This document shows positions 28,016 to 40,236 of a stretch of DNA of 64,000 bases, piece after piece. The position numbers and the translations under genes are program-made. The DNA comes from Macrostomum hystrix (taxonomy: Eukaryota; Animalia; Platyhelminthes), in assembly GCA_950097015.1 (NCBI GenBank), contig CATNEN010000010.1:3162001-3226000 (forward strand), given 5' to 3'. Each line of letters opens with the position of its first letter. Position 1 is the first letter of the stretch. The notes beneath the pieces were generated by a model that did no database searches, had not been told where the DNA came from, and was given only the letters and a program-made list of their open reading frames with translations.

Positions 28016-28630
28016 GACTGGCTGTCAGAGAGGGCAATTCTGTGTCCTAGAAATGATGCCACCAACGAAATTAACTACCAACTGCTTCAGGAGTTGCCAG
28101 GTGCAGTTTTCACCTACAAGTCAATTGATACAACGTTGACTGATGACACCGCTGTGGAGTATCCTGTTGAGTTTCTGAACTCTCTAGATCCTCCTGGAAC
28201 TCCATCGCACAACTTGCAGCTGAAAGTTGGGGCACCAATTATGCTCCTCCGCAACCTGAATGCGCCAAGGCTGTGTAACGGCACCAGACTGATAGTCAGG
28301 CGGCTCTTCCCACACGTGATTGAGGCCACGATAATGACTGGATCTGGCAGAGGAGAGTCTGTGTTCGTTCCCCGGATTCCAATTATCCCCACGGACCTGC
28401 CATTTCAGTTCAAGCGACTGCAGTTCCCTGTGAGAGTGTGCTTTGCGATGACTATTAACAAGGCTCAGGGACAGTCGCTGAAGGTGGCTGGCATCAACCT
28501 GGAGACTCCTTGCTTCTCGCATGGGCAGCTTTATGTCGCCTGCTCCCGTGTTGGAACTCCAGCTGGCCTATTCATTTTCGCACCAAGGGGAAGAACGAAG
28601 AATGTGGTGTATCCCCAGGACTTGAGGTGA
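28016..28630 (+). pseudogene. Helitron PIF1-like helicase, C-terminal fragment (copy 1)
   Basis: WLSERAILCPRN, YPVEFLNSL..PG.P.H.L.LKVGAPIMLLRNL....LCNGTRL, FKRLQFPVRVCFAMTINKAQGQSL and FSHGQLYVACSRV. The Rep domain and N-terminal helicase motifs are missing. Confidence 0.93.
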
Positions 28631-28782
28631 CTCGCAAGCAATTAATAGAAAAGTAGTCACGAATTGACCTTGACCTGTCTAACTCTGAACTCTGAAACAG
28701 TTTAATTTTGTTTCTTTGACATTGTTATTGTTATGCCATGGCTATTTTCCTTATGTATACGCGTGTACATGCATACTGTATA

Positions 28783-29057
28783 CAGAGGCAGATTTAGGGG
28801 GGGGGGCGGGGGGGCAGTCGCCCCCCTAAATTTTAATCATGGGAATAAGATGCCCCCACCAGGGGCGCCAGTCGCAGCACTGGCGCTCCTTTTCGGCCGC
28901 TGGCGCCCCTTTTTCAGCCGCTGGCTCCCGTTTTTCAGCCACTGGCGCCCTTTCTTGGCTCCTGGCGCCCTTTTTCGGCCGCTGGCACCCCCTCTGTGAT
29001 TCTCATGGCGCTCCCCTGACAGACCGCCCCAAAACAAAATTCCTGGATCTGCCACTG
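28783..29057. mobile_element. 275-bp hAT-type MITE nested in Helitron copy 1
   Basis: TIRs CAGAGGCAGATT / GGATCTGCCACTG with 8-bp TSD ACTGTATA at 28775-28782 and 29058-29065. Confidence 0.85.
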
Positions 29058-29935
29058 ACTGTATAGAGGAGTGGCTAAGAGACATGTTTCTAAAGAAGTA
29101 ATCAAGAGGGGGCTGTTTGGACAAACTTTTCACTTATTTTTTACTTAAAACGCCCTTAAACAAACTCTTCACTTTTCATTAATGCAGTAAATAAATAAAT
29201 GGTGACCTTCACTATAAAGTTAATACAGAGACGTGAATTGCTTACTGCTTTGCTTTAAATTTCTGCCCCAAAAACAACGGGCAAAAAAAGCTAGTATCTA
29301 TATATATAAAAGTGAAAACTCTGTCTGTCTGTGTGTGTGCAACCTTTTGTCTTTATAGACGCCGAAACCGCTCAACCAAATCGCACCAAACTTTGCACAT
29401 ACCTAAAACCACCTACGCTGAGTGCAATAGGCTACTCAAATTCCCGAAAAATCATTTCCTTCCTGCTCAAAAGTGCAAAAAACTGCTCAAAAATCGTCAA
29501 AAAATCACTCAATTCGACATATCGTCGCCCCACTTCGTCAGATTTTCTCCAAATTTGATCCACTTACACTTTACATGTTTTCCAACAATGCTGTCAATTT
29601 TGAACATCTCTACTCAATCCAGAGCAAAGCTGCATCATCTCAAAGTGAGTCACTTTTTGTTTTCCGAGGACAGCCACCCCAACTCCCCTCCGCCACTCTG
29701 CGGGCCAAATTTTATTACAGCCACCCCCTCCCTTCCCCGGGCGCCGAAGCCCCAGACTGTACATTGTATTTCAAGCCGTGAATGTACACAGCCCAAACCC
29801 CTAGACTGTCTACTGGCCCCCAAGCAGCACTGAGACTGAGTGCGGTGAGTGCGGTGGCGTCCCAGTGCGCAGGGCTCTCCGGTCGATATTTCTCTCCAGC
29901 CAGCCTGGGATAGAAGAAAGAGAGAGGCTGGCGTT

Positions 29936-30550
29936 GACTGGCTGTCAGAGAGGGCAATTCTGTGTCCTAGAAATGATGCCGCCAACGAAATTAACTGCCA
30001 ACTGCTTCAGGAGTTGCCAGGTGCAGTTTTCACCTACAAGTCAATTGATACAACGTTGACTGATGACACCGCTGTGGAGTATCCTGTTGAGTTTCTGAAC
30101 TCTCTAGATCCTCCTGGAACTCCATCGCACAACTTGCAGCTGAAAGTTGGGGCACCAATTATGCTCCTCCGCAACCTGAATGCGCCAAGGCTGTGTAACG
30201 GCACCAGACTGATAGTCAGGCGGCTCTTCCCACACGTGATTGAGGCCACGATAATGACTGGATCTGGCAGAGGAGAGTCTGTGTTCGTTCCCCGGATTCC
30301 AATTATCCCCACGGACCTGCCATTTCAGTTCAAGCGACTGCAGTTCCCTGTGAGAGTGTGCTTTGCGATGACTATTAACAAGGCTCAGGGACAGTCGCTG
30401 AAGGTGGCTGGCATCAACCTGGAGACTCCTTGCTTCTCGCATGGGCAGCTTTATGTCGCCTGCTCCCGTGTTGGAACTCCAGCTGGCCTATTCATTTTCG
30501 CACCAAGGGGAAGAACGAAGAATGTGGTGTATCCCCAGGCCTTGAGGTGA
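29936..30550 (+). pseudogene. Helitron PIF1-like helicase, C-terminal fragment (copy 2)
   Basis: Same motifs as copy 1; ends VVYPQALR. Confidence 0.93.
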
Positions 30551-30702
30551 CTCGCAAGCAATTAATAGAAAAGTAGTCACGAATTGACCTTGACCTGTCT
30601 AACTTTGAACTCTGAAACAGTTTAATTTTGTTTCTTTGACATTGTTATTGTCATGCCATGGCTATTTTCCTTATGTATACGCGTGTACATGCATACTGTA
30701 TA

Positions 30703-30977
30703 CAGAGGCAGATTTAGGGGGGGGGGCGGGGGGGCAGTCGCCCCCCTAAATTTTAATCATGGGAATAAGATGCCCCCACCAGGGGCGCCAGTCGCAGCAC
30801 TGGCGCCCCTTTTCGGCCGCTGGCGCCCCTTTTTCAGCCGCTGGCTCCCGTTTTTCAGCCGCTGGCGCCCTTTCTTGGCTCCTGGCGCCCTTTTTCGGCC
30901 GCTGGCACCCCCTCTGTGATTCTCATGGCGCTCCCCTGACAGACCGCCCCAAAACAAAATTCCTGGATCTGCCACTG
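30703..30977. mobile_element. hAT-type MITE nested in Helitron copy 2
   Basis: Same TIRs and ACTGTATA TSD as the copy at 28783. Confidence 0.85.
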
Positions 30978-31986
30978 ACTGTATAGAGGAGTGGCTAAGA
31001 GACATGTTTCTAAAGAAGTAATCAAGAGGGGGCTGTTTGGACAAACTTTTCACATATTTTTTACTTAAAACGCCCTTAAACAAACTCTTCACTTTTCATT
31101 AATGCAGTAAATATATAAATGGTGACCTTCACTATAAAGTTAATACAGAGACGTGAATTGCTTACTGCTTTGCTTTAAATTTCTGCCCCAAAAACAACGG
31201 GCAAAAAAAGCTAGTACATATTATAATTTATTGGTTAATAATTTGCAGCCTTCAAATGACTTTGTGATGTTTGTCAAGTTGCATACCAGTGCAAGAAAAC
31301 TGTTCCTCCTGCTCCTGTTTTCAAAAAATCTTGTTTTGACAGAAAGTGCCTATTTTGTAATTCTTTACATTATGATATACTCTATTGTTTAATAGTATCT
31401 GTTACAGACATAAAATGGCATATGCAACATATGGCATAGAATGAAGCATTGGGATACTACGTGGGGTAGTATAGTATGCCATTGGGATACTACTATGGAC
31501 ACATAAGTAATCCAAAAAAGTATTTTGTGTACCATAATGTGCATACACTATATATATAATGTATCATGCCTGCAATAAATGAATTGAATAAGCTTAAATG
31601 CTTACAATATGCATGATCATTGCATATAAACGTGACATGTTGTAGTTGCATGTGCATGAAGTACAACAAAATTATTTTGCAGATTCAAATCATAAAAATA
31701 TAACTCAGAAGTGTATTGCAGCTAAACTGAAAATATTTTAGTTAAAATTATTGAAAGTTTATGTATATTGACTGTAAAAATATAGGCCCTACCCATAAGC
31801 TTATGCTACTTCCATTAAAAGGGATTATGAGGCACAAATTTGAGGACTAGGGAGAGTCGATTTATATATTTTTCATTCTATCATGTCCAGCAGATTAATG
31901 TTACCATTTAAGTATTTTACACTACTTAATTTGTAAATTTTACAATATATGTACTCTATGCTATTGGTTGCATAGAGTGAGACAAT

Positions 31987-34900
31987 GTGGCTTTTATGCA
32001 TACCTGCGTCAGCACTGCTTCCACTCTGTATACCCTTTCAGGAATGCCAGTTGACATTCAAAAGAAGAAACTGCGCGACCGTCGGTACCGCGAAAGGAAG
32101 TTATCAACCGATCCAGATGGCTACAGGGCTGCGAGACAGGAATCTGCCAGAAAAGCATATATTAAGCAGTGTCAGACAAGGAGTCAACGTAAGCTGATCG
32201 TCAGTCGCAACAACACCCATGATCGTGTTAGGGCATGCCGCGATAGATTAAAGTACGCAAATGCTGCAGTGAACAATGCGCCAACAGCCAGGGTGGAATC
32301 TCACAATCGTTCTGAAGCAGCTCGTCACCGAGAGAGGAAGAAGCGTCAGATGAATCGTCAGAAACTTCTCAAGGAGAGGGACATGCTCCGCAGGAAGGTG
32401 TTTCGTCTTGAGAAGAGACTTACAAGACAGGTATGAACTAACACTATTTTACATTCTTAATTTATATCGCGTTGTAATAAATAACAGTATATTGCAAGTC
32501 GAATCGCGCCAACCTATTCATGACAATGGTTAAAGACGATTATGTCGACATCAACCTCGTTTATATTCACATTTGTTAGCTTGCAGGGTTGCAAAAAAAA
32601 TGTCCCCAAACGACACTGACTGATAGTGACATAGACAATGAGAATGACAAGTATAAATTACAATTCAAAATCTATATTATGTCACACAGAAAACTATTTT
32701 TTGTCATGAAATCAACAGTCATCATAAGTCATCATACAATTTTCTAGGCTAAGGATACCAATGAAATACGTGCAGCTCCAGCTCGAACGCCAATCAGTGA
32801 CAGATGGAAATTTGCTGGCTCACGGGTGGCAGCCATATTGAAAGCGAAGGTCTATATTGTGTCATCACTAGCCCACAGCAAGCGAAATAGGGCGACGGCC
32901 GCACTGGTAAAGAAGGTACCTGCTGAAACGATACAGACGTGTTTACCAATTATGTATCGTGCAGTTTTGTTCACATCAAAATATTGTTTCATTTTAAGAT
33001 CTGCTTAAACGCGCAGCTGACATTGCGTCGGACAGTGAAACAGCAGCTGGATGTTCGAAATTCATCAGCTGTACTTCCCGAGGTCCGCAAGCCAGCATCT
33101 CTCCTTCACCGTGCGGTCTTTGACTTCTACTGCCGAGATGACAATTCACGCATCACGGCAGGGAAAAAAGAAACCGTCACGTTTAAGAAGCAGAAGGCAC
33201 AGCGGCGCTATCTCTGTTTTACAGTGGAATCGCTGTATGAGAAAGTTCTTAGCGAGAATCCGAAGCAGCGAATTAGTCGGACACAGTTTTACTGTTTACG
33301 ACCCTTCTTTGTGCTGCGGCCAAGTCTCAAAAATCGTCAGGTGTGCTTATGTAGCCAATGCTCTAATGTCGATGTAAGAATCTCTCGCAATTGTTTCTCC
33401 AATTTAAGGCATACTTCTTTTTTTTAAAGCACTTCCATACTTAATTTTTACATGCAGCTGCTAGCTGGGGCTCTTCACGGACAGAAAGTCCTGAATACAA
33501 GGGACAAGTACCAATTGTTACAACAAATGACCTGCAGTATCGACAAACCAGATTGTCTGCTACGTCGGTGTACCGCCTGCAAAGATCGGACCGTCATGCA
33601 ACCCGTTGACACGACTCCAAGAAGTCTAACGTACTATTCTTGGTGCGTGGTTACCAGCAATACCGGTTCTTCTTCGACACAGTGTGTACCGGTAGGTGAA
33701 TATTGTAATGAGAATTACACCTGTACATGTATAGTATATAATTCTTTCTTACCATTGTGTTCCACTGCTGGCTCGACATTGATTTCGAATGCCCATCTGA
33801 GGCTGTATGAATGTCGTATGTTTTGTTTTAGTAATTTTCTAGAAAACTGTTGACTTCAGGGACGCATCTGCGCGATTCGAAGCACTGCTAATTGCGTATG
33901 CAGCTCACTTTTACCGCGTGCGACATCAGTTTGCAGCTATTCGCACAGCCAAGGCGATGCTGTCTGACGGCGAAGTTCTGCTTCATGTTGACTTCTCCGA
34001 GAATTTCTCGGGAAAGTGTGCCCGCGAGGTGCAGGCTTGCCATTTTGGGTATCGACCCGAAGTAGTCATTCACCAGGGTTTGATTTACCTACCAGTAAGC
34101 TACTGTACATGCAATATACAGCTATCTGATGGCTACAGTTGCAGTCAGTAGTGCAATATTACTTTTGAATTCACCATTCCAATTTCAGGGTCAGGACCCA
34201 ATTTCATTTGCATCTTTGTCTGAGGACAAACGCAAAACTGCAGATGCTGTGTGTGCTCATCTGGAGCCTGTCATTGAACACTGTGTGCTTGTCGCTGGCC
34301 GCGTTAGAAAAATAACAATTGTGTCCGACTCACCATCCAGTCAATACAGGAACAAGTACCTTGTACATTTGTTCCAACTCCTGATGCAGCGGATGGGGTG
34401 TACAGAATGGCAATGGCTCTACACTGAAGCTGGTCATGGAAAGGGTCCGGCAGATGGCGTTGGAGCTGCTATCAAGCGGCGATGCGACGAAGCAGTTGCT
34501 GCTGGCTCTAGAGTGCTTTCGGTAGACGATGTTTTTGCTGCCATGCACAACCAAAGGGAAATTGCAACCCATCTGTTCAGGGTGGGTGTAAGGTGCTATC
34601 GATGATGCACCCCTAGATTGCTTGTCATTAGAATCTGTACATTAGTATAAAAATTCAAAGTGCTATATACTTTCTGCTCATTTTACTACAGGTGTCTTCG
34701 AACGAGATTGATCGTCATAGACTGCACATCGATGCCGTTCCAATCCGACCGATTCCTGGAATCAGTCGCGTTCACCAGGTTGTAAGCAGCAGGCTTGGCA
34801 TTATCTACCGTGAACTGGCATGTGATTGCCCACGTGCGGACGTACGTATATGTCAGTGCCATAATGCGGAGGCACTTGAAGTTCTACGTACTAGTAGACA

Positions 34901-35501
34901 TGCGGGCACAGACAGTGCCAGGCCAGCAGCCACAGCGACCGCAACAACAGCAACGCCTGCAGCCACCATGCGCACTGCATCATCTGCAGCCACAGCGACC
35001 GCAACAACAGCAACGCCTGCAGCCACCATGCGCACTGCATCATCTGCAGCCACTGTGCGAACTGCAGCACCTGCTGTCACTGTGCGATGTGCATTGCCAG
35101 AAGCCATAATACGTACAGTGACAGTGGCAGGTCAAGGAACTTCACTGCCAACAGGAGCATCTGCAGTCATAGTGCGTGCCAAAAATGTCGCGACTGCTCC
35201 ATCACCGGCAGCTTCAGCAACTGTCAGTCGAGATGCATCGACAACACTTGCTAGCACAGCACGTGGCTTCACCATCATAACATCCAGTCGAGATGCATCG
35301 ACAACACCTGCTAGCACAGCACGTGGCTTCACCATCATAACATCAGTATCGGCAGAGAAGTCAGCTGTTTATTCCGCCCGACCAGGCAAGTTGCTGTACA
35401 TTGGAAGATCTCACGGCACATCAACGCGTTGTGCTGATGATTCAGGCATTGATGCATCAATTCCTGGGCCGCACAGTAGCTCTGACTACAGGGAAGAGTA
35501 A
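31987..35501 (+). mobile_element. Multi-exon DDD transposase gene, Sola-type (probably Sola2); exact exon limits and TIRs not resolved
   Basis: Ordered motifs FYCRDDNSR..GKKE.V....QRRYL, FY.LRP..V......CLC, C......C...C..C, HQF..IR..K..L..GEVLLHVDFSENF (D1), IVSDSPSSQYRNK (D2), EAGHGKGPADGVGAAIKR (D3) and PIPGISRVHQV..CDC..C.C. The superfamily name is from motif recall. Confidence 0.7.
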
Positions 35502-36982
35502 ACTTTAAATAATCGTCCAATTTTTACAAAATGGTATGTCCAAGTCTTCACCAGGAAGGAAATTCAACTTCAATGTCTATCAGCTTCACTGCATGACTTT
35601 CAGTGTGCTATTGTTTTTGAGGATTATAGGGATTGTGGTTGAAAGCAATAAAAAATGTTGTGTCCTTGAGTGGGATTTTCATGGCTGAGGCGAGACTCGA
35701 ATGTTCTGTATGGTCCAGTTGGTTGAACAGTTCAGCAGCCATACCAGTTTCTTCTAATTGCATTGTACTGCAAAGAATGGCTTTTACAGCAGCACAGATT
35801 TTGACCAGACTACAATCAGAATTTCTGGGGCCATTAGATTGAAGGAACAAGAAAGAAAAACAAAAAATTACAGTGTACTTGAGAGTGCTATAAATTGACA
35901 CTGATGATTCATTGAGTATTGGTTTAACTAATTTTCTCCTCATGTTTTATTCATATCTTTTGGGATCCATGAATATGTCCTACTCAGTATATATTTCTCT
36001 GCCAAACACTATATATGCAGAGTTGCACTTTTTTCAATTACTGTGTACTTTTGTTGTATGTGCCCATCAAATTGCATAACAAAATGCTTACATTCTTTCT
36101 TCCATTTCAATATACAATTGTTTTGGATGACACTGTTTCTATGCAGTTTAAAATTCTTCATACTGTCATATACTTATGCCATGTTGCATATGCTTATCTA
36201 TGTTTTTCAAGTTTAATCTCATCATTAAAGTCCTACATCAGTTCATATTATAGAAAAATGTTGTACTTGCTGAATTGAAACTTAATTAGTAATAAAAATG
36301 TTACTTTGCTTGTCAAACTACTATATTATCTTATATTATAGTTCCACAGCTTAATTTACTGACAGACTCCAGCTCAAATTGTTTAGACGATGCCTTTCCT
36401 TATATCAGTTGCTCTATTCAGTTTGTAAACTAGCAGTTGTTTTCAAAACTATACTTTCAATTAAACCTACACATAATGCATTGATAACCCACAGTATATG
36501 TATACTCTATTATTGTATAGGCCTACATAAACCTTTTAAACCATCTGAGGCAGCAAAAAATATGAAGATGTAATTTCAGAAGATGACTTTGCAATGGTGC
36601 ATAATAATAATTAACAGCTGCAAATTGAACGTCTAATAACTTTCGACACATTGCGGTCTTGTCAATTAAAACACATGCCAACCATGCATGCATGATTCTT
36701 GGGAAGACGCTAGGAAAAATACAATTTTAGGTTCTTACACTTTACATGTAAATAGGTTACGCTGTTCAGCTCCATTCCTTTGATACGATGAGCTGTCTTA
36801 TCGATGTAGGATTAATATGATTGAATTGACTTGATACAATACAATTGCTTTCATTCATGGAAATTCCGATAATCAAAAATAATATCCGCCAATTACGCGC
36901 CATAATGTTCATTCCGGAAATTAAAATTAAAATTGGAGAAAAAAAAAGTTTGGAATTAATGTGCTTATCGTAACAAAAAACG

Positions 36983-39321
36983 ATGCACCCGATAGAAGAA
37001 CTATTGATTGGTGTAATCTTTATCCTCCGTGATCTTATATTTTGGTCTAGTGGTATTCAGGTTAAATTCACGGATTCTTTCTATAAAGATTACTACACCT
37101 GATTCGATCTCCAATGGCTCGCACTAAAGAGAGTTCTTACGTATCTACCTAACTTAATCTATCTCTTCTACTCTGATAGCGTCGTAATCAAAGCAAATTA
37201 ATCTTTGAGATAACTTTTATAATTCGTTAAAACTGATGAGCTATCGTCGGGCGGGTTGCGCTCCTGCGGCGCTCCGCGTTTCATATTTATTGACAAAATA
37301 TCCCCACCTCTCACCAGGAGGGTGGGGTGCGTAATGTTGTGGTTAGTTACAGTACACTTGCTTTGATTTGAGTTATGTTGGGTCGCAGCCCCTGAATTTG
37401 ACATATTTTCTATTAATCTAGTAGGTTGCCATGCAAGACAACTCCTTTCTTAGGTAGGGTCTGGTTATTACATTGGTTGCGTTAGATCGCGTTGGGATGG
37501 TGGTATTTCTATTCACTTTTAATATTGATTAATCTCTCCCTTCTCGTCTCTTTTCTGTCTGACCGCCACGCTCGGTTGTCATGCGCCTTCTTTGTCTTCT
37601 CCCCTCTTCTCCAGCACGTTTTCCTCTTGTACCTCGCCCTCGGCCGCGTGCCGCTCAGACTCGTTTTGGCCGGCGCCGGTTTGACCTGTGGGTGGGTCTC
37701 CATTGTTCTTGGCTGGGGGGTTAGTTTTTTTAGCGTCTCTTTTGGCATTTGATGAATTGCGGTATTTTCTACTTTCATTGTCCTTTTCTTATTCTATATC
37801 ATCTGGTTTTAAAGTTCTTTAAGTCCCGATCTTCGATGTTATTTCTAACTCTTATATCACTCCCCCTTTTTGAAGTCCTTGACTCTTCAAGGTATAGACC
37901 TGAAAGGAAAAACACGCTTTCACCCTTGCGGGTGGTTGTAAACGGTTGGACAATTGGATGTGATTTGACATATAGAGTTAGAAATTTATATTTTCTGTGT
38001 ACGCTCTGGCGTCTATTGACTTATCTTCCTTTCTATAGTCTGAGCGCGTCCTAATGTACATTGATTTGCCTCATGGCCCTGGCGGGGTTTGCAAAATTGC
38101 CTCACTTGGGCAGCGAGTTTATTTTTAGCCTAGTTCTGGGGCCCTGGTTTGGGGTAGGTTTTCTAATCCTACTTTGACCTCACATTCTCTCCCTCTGCTG
38201 GGTGCAGTGAGTTTATTTATTTGGGTGGTAGGCCCCACTTTCACTTTAGAAGGCGTCCATCCATTCCTCGCGTAATACTAAACTGTTCTGCATTACAACT
38301 ATGTCCGGATACACACTTTCCAAGCTGGTTCAACTGCTGGCCGAGCAGAATGCGCGCATAGCTCGGCTTGAGATTGCGCTTCAGAGTGCCCGTTCTCGCT
38401 TGTCTACTCTGGAAATAAGTATGTCCGTTCTCGCGGTCTAACTGGAGGATTGGGCGGTGGCGGTCTTGTTCTTATCGTCATTCTGATCTGCGCGTTCTGC
38501 CTGTTGCTACGAATTCGCTATCGTCCCCTGGGTGCCTAGAGGTTCAGCCTTCTTCCGCTTAACTTGCTCAGGACCGTTTATGGCTATTGACTGTATGCAT
38601 TGTTCTCGTCAATTTTGCCTAATTTTAAAAATAAACATTCGGGATAACGCGTGTGAGTAAATATTTGACATACAATGGTTGTATTTTTGGATATGAAGGT
38701 TGGTTGTCTCTCTTCCTTTTTTTATAGTTATGTCTTCCTGGTTAAACTAAGGTATTAATTGTGGTGATATTACTTTGTTGTTATCGCGTCTAGCGTTATG
38801 ATTGCTTGAGGCCTGCTGTTGTTAGTATGCCAGTCCGCTATCAGTGTGTTAATTGCCTACCAGAATTGAGTGCACTGCACTCGCGATTCTCTAGCGTTGC
38901 TATGGGGGGTTAGTTTTTTTAGCGTCTCTTTTGGCATTTGATGAATTGCGGTATTTTCTACTTTCATTGTCCTTTTCTTATTCTTTATCATCTGGTTTTA
39001 AAGTTCTTTAAGTCCCGATCTTCGATGTTATTTCTAACTCTTATAATTGGTACGCTTTGAATTACACAGAAGCAATTACTTTTTCGCGCAACAATAATTG
39101 CAGTTGCTTTTGGATTTACCCATATGTTGAAAGGGGGGGTCTGGTCAAGCCAAATGGGGTGTCTGGTCCCGCCAAGCCCCAGCCAAGGACCCAGCAAGAC
39201 CAAAACGGACCTATGTTGTACGTGTATTCTAAATCGGTGCGTGTTTTCCCCAGAGACGACGACCCTAATTGGGATAGCCTATTTAGAATGTTCTATATTT
39301 AGAAATACACTACGGAGGTAA
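36983..39321 (+). other. Cluster of small, mostly hydrophobic ORFs that stay open if TGA=Trp (foreign-code insert?)
   Basis: ORFs 36983-37201, 37334-37453, 37492-37812, 38073-38231, 38759-39001 and 39025-39321 contain in-frame TGA in Trp-like contexts. TAATG stop/start overlaps occur at 37332 and 38052. A ~140-bp direct duplication lies at ~37715-37855 and ~38905-39043. Confidence 0.4.
38301..38441 (+). CDS. 46-aa coiled-coil ORF (MSGYTLSKLVQLLAEQNARIARLEIALQSARSRLSTLEISMSVLAV)
   Basis: ATG..TAA with clear heptad periodicity; below the ORF-track size cutoff. Confidence 0.4.
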   Translation: MSGYTLSKLVQLLAEQNARIARLEIALQSARSRLSTLEISMSVLAV

Positions 39322-39634
39322 AAAAATGTCATTCGGCTTTTGCGCTGGCTTGCATGCGTCCATGGTTAGCAGTGGGATACTACTTACAGCCATAGACGTG
39401 TTCAAGAAATACACTAAGGAGATCAAAAAAAGGTCTTTCAGCCTTTTTCGCTACGCATGCCTGCTGTTAGTAGTAGCTATAGCAGTGCAGAAGCTGGCGA
39501 GTCAGTGAGTTGCAGCTAGAACAAGCTGCAAATTTGGATTTCGGCTTTGGTTTTTGGCTTTGGATGTTTGATCGTTTTCTTCGAACTGATCTCAACTGAT
39601 CGTTCCAACAAAAGCACTCTGGTACCATTCATTG

Positions 39635-40090
39635 ACGTGTTACTTTCGCGAAAACATAATTGGAGGATAGTGAAATCGAGGTAGAGTGAAGAGAGGATCA
39701 GATCGAAGGAAGGAAGAAAGGAAGGGGAGGAAGCTAGGACAGAGTGAAGGGAGGATATGAGAGTGAGACACCACCACCACCTACCCAACCACCTGCACTC
39801 TGCATCCACCCACCCAAATTCGTACGACTGATTAATTGTATTTATTGATTCATTGTACTGATGTGTTACTTTCGCGAAAACATATTCGGTGGATAGTACA
39901 GGAGGAAATTGATAGCGAGGGAGAGTGAAGAGAGGCTCAGGGTAGATCGAAGGAAGGAAGAAAGGAAGGGGAGGAAAGCGAAGGTAGGGGAGGAAGCTAG
40001 GACAGAGTGAAGGGAGGATATGAGAGTGAGACACCATGCACCACCTACCCAACCTGCACCTGCACTCTGCATCCACCCACCCAACACCAC
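39635..40090. repeat. Two diverged copies of a ~200-bp unit (GTTACTTTCGCGAAAACATA head, GAAGG purine tract, CACC/CCA pyrimidine-rich tail)
   Basis: Copies start near 39638 and 39865 and share GAAGCTAGGACAGAGTGAAGGGAGGATATGAGAGTGAGACACCA...CACCTGCACTCTGCATCCACCCACCC. Confidence 0.85.
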
Positions 40091-40236
40091 ACACCACACC
40101 ACACCACACCCTAGCTGCAGCACTCCAATTATAAGAGTTTATGGACTTAGAGAATTTACAATCTGTAAATTCTCGACCGTCCCAAGGCTTAAATAGAGTA
40201 GTGGGATCGAGGATGGATAGAGGGAGCCAGTTAGTA

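Larger units (their letters stand above)
27356..29294 (+). mobile_element. Non-autonomous Helitron, copy 1
   Basis: 5' A|TCTATATATATAAAA with (TCTG)n/(TG)n, 3' ...CAACGGGCAAAAAAAGCTAG|T, and an internal PIF1-helicase C-terminal fragment. Confidence 0.88.
29297..31214 (+). mobile_element. Non-autonomous Helitron, copy 2 (head-to-tail with copy 1, separated by TA)
   Basis: Junction CTAG-TA-TCTATATATATAAAA; 3' end CTAG|T at 31214; near-identical to copy 1. Confidence 0.88.

Noticed and set aside
35608-35943. Minus-strand ORF downstream of the Sola-like transposase as a second transposon gene
   Set aside because: There is an exon-like core but no recognisable motif, start or partner exons.
36983-39500. 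Canonical NUMT of cox/nad/cob/atp genes
   Set aside because: No diagnostic OXPHOS motifs, tRNAs or rRNA recognised under TGA=Trp translation.
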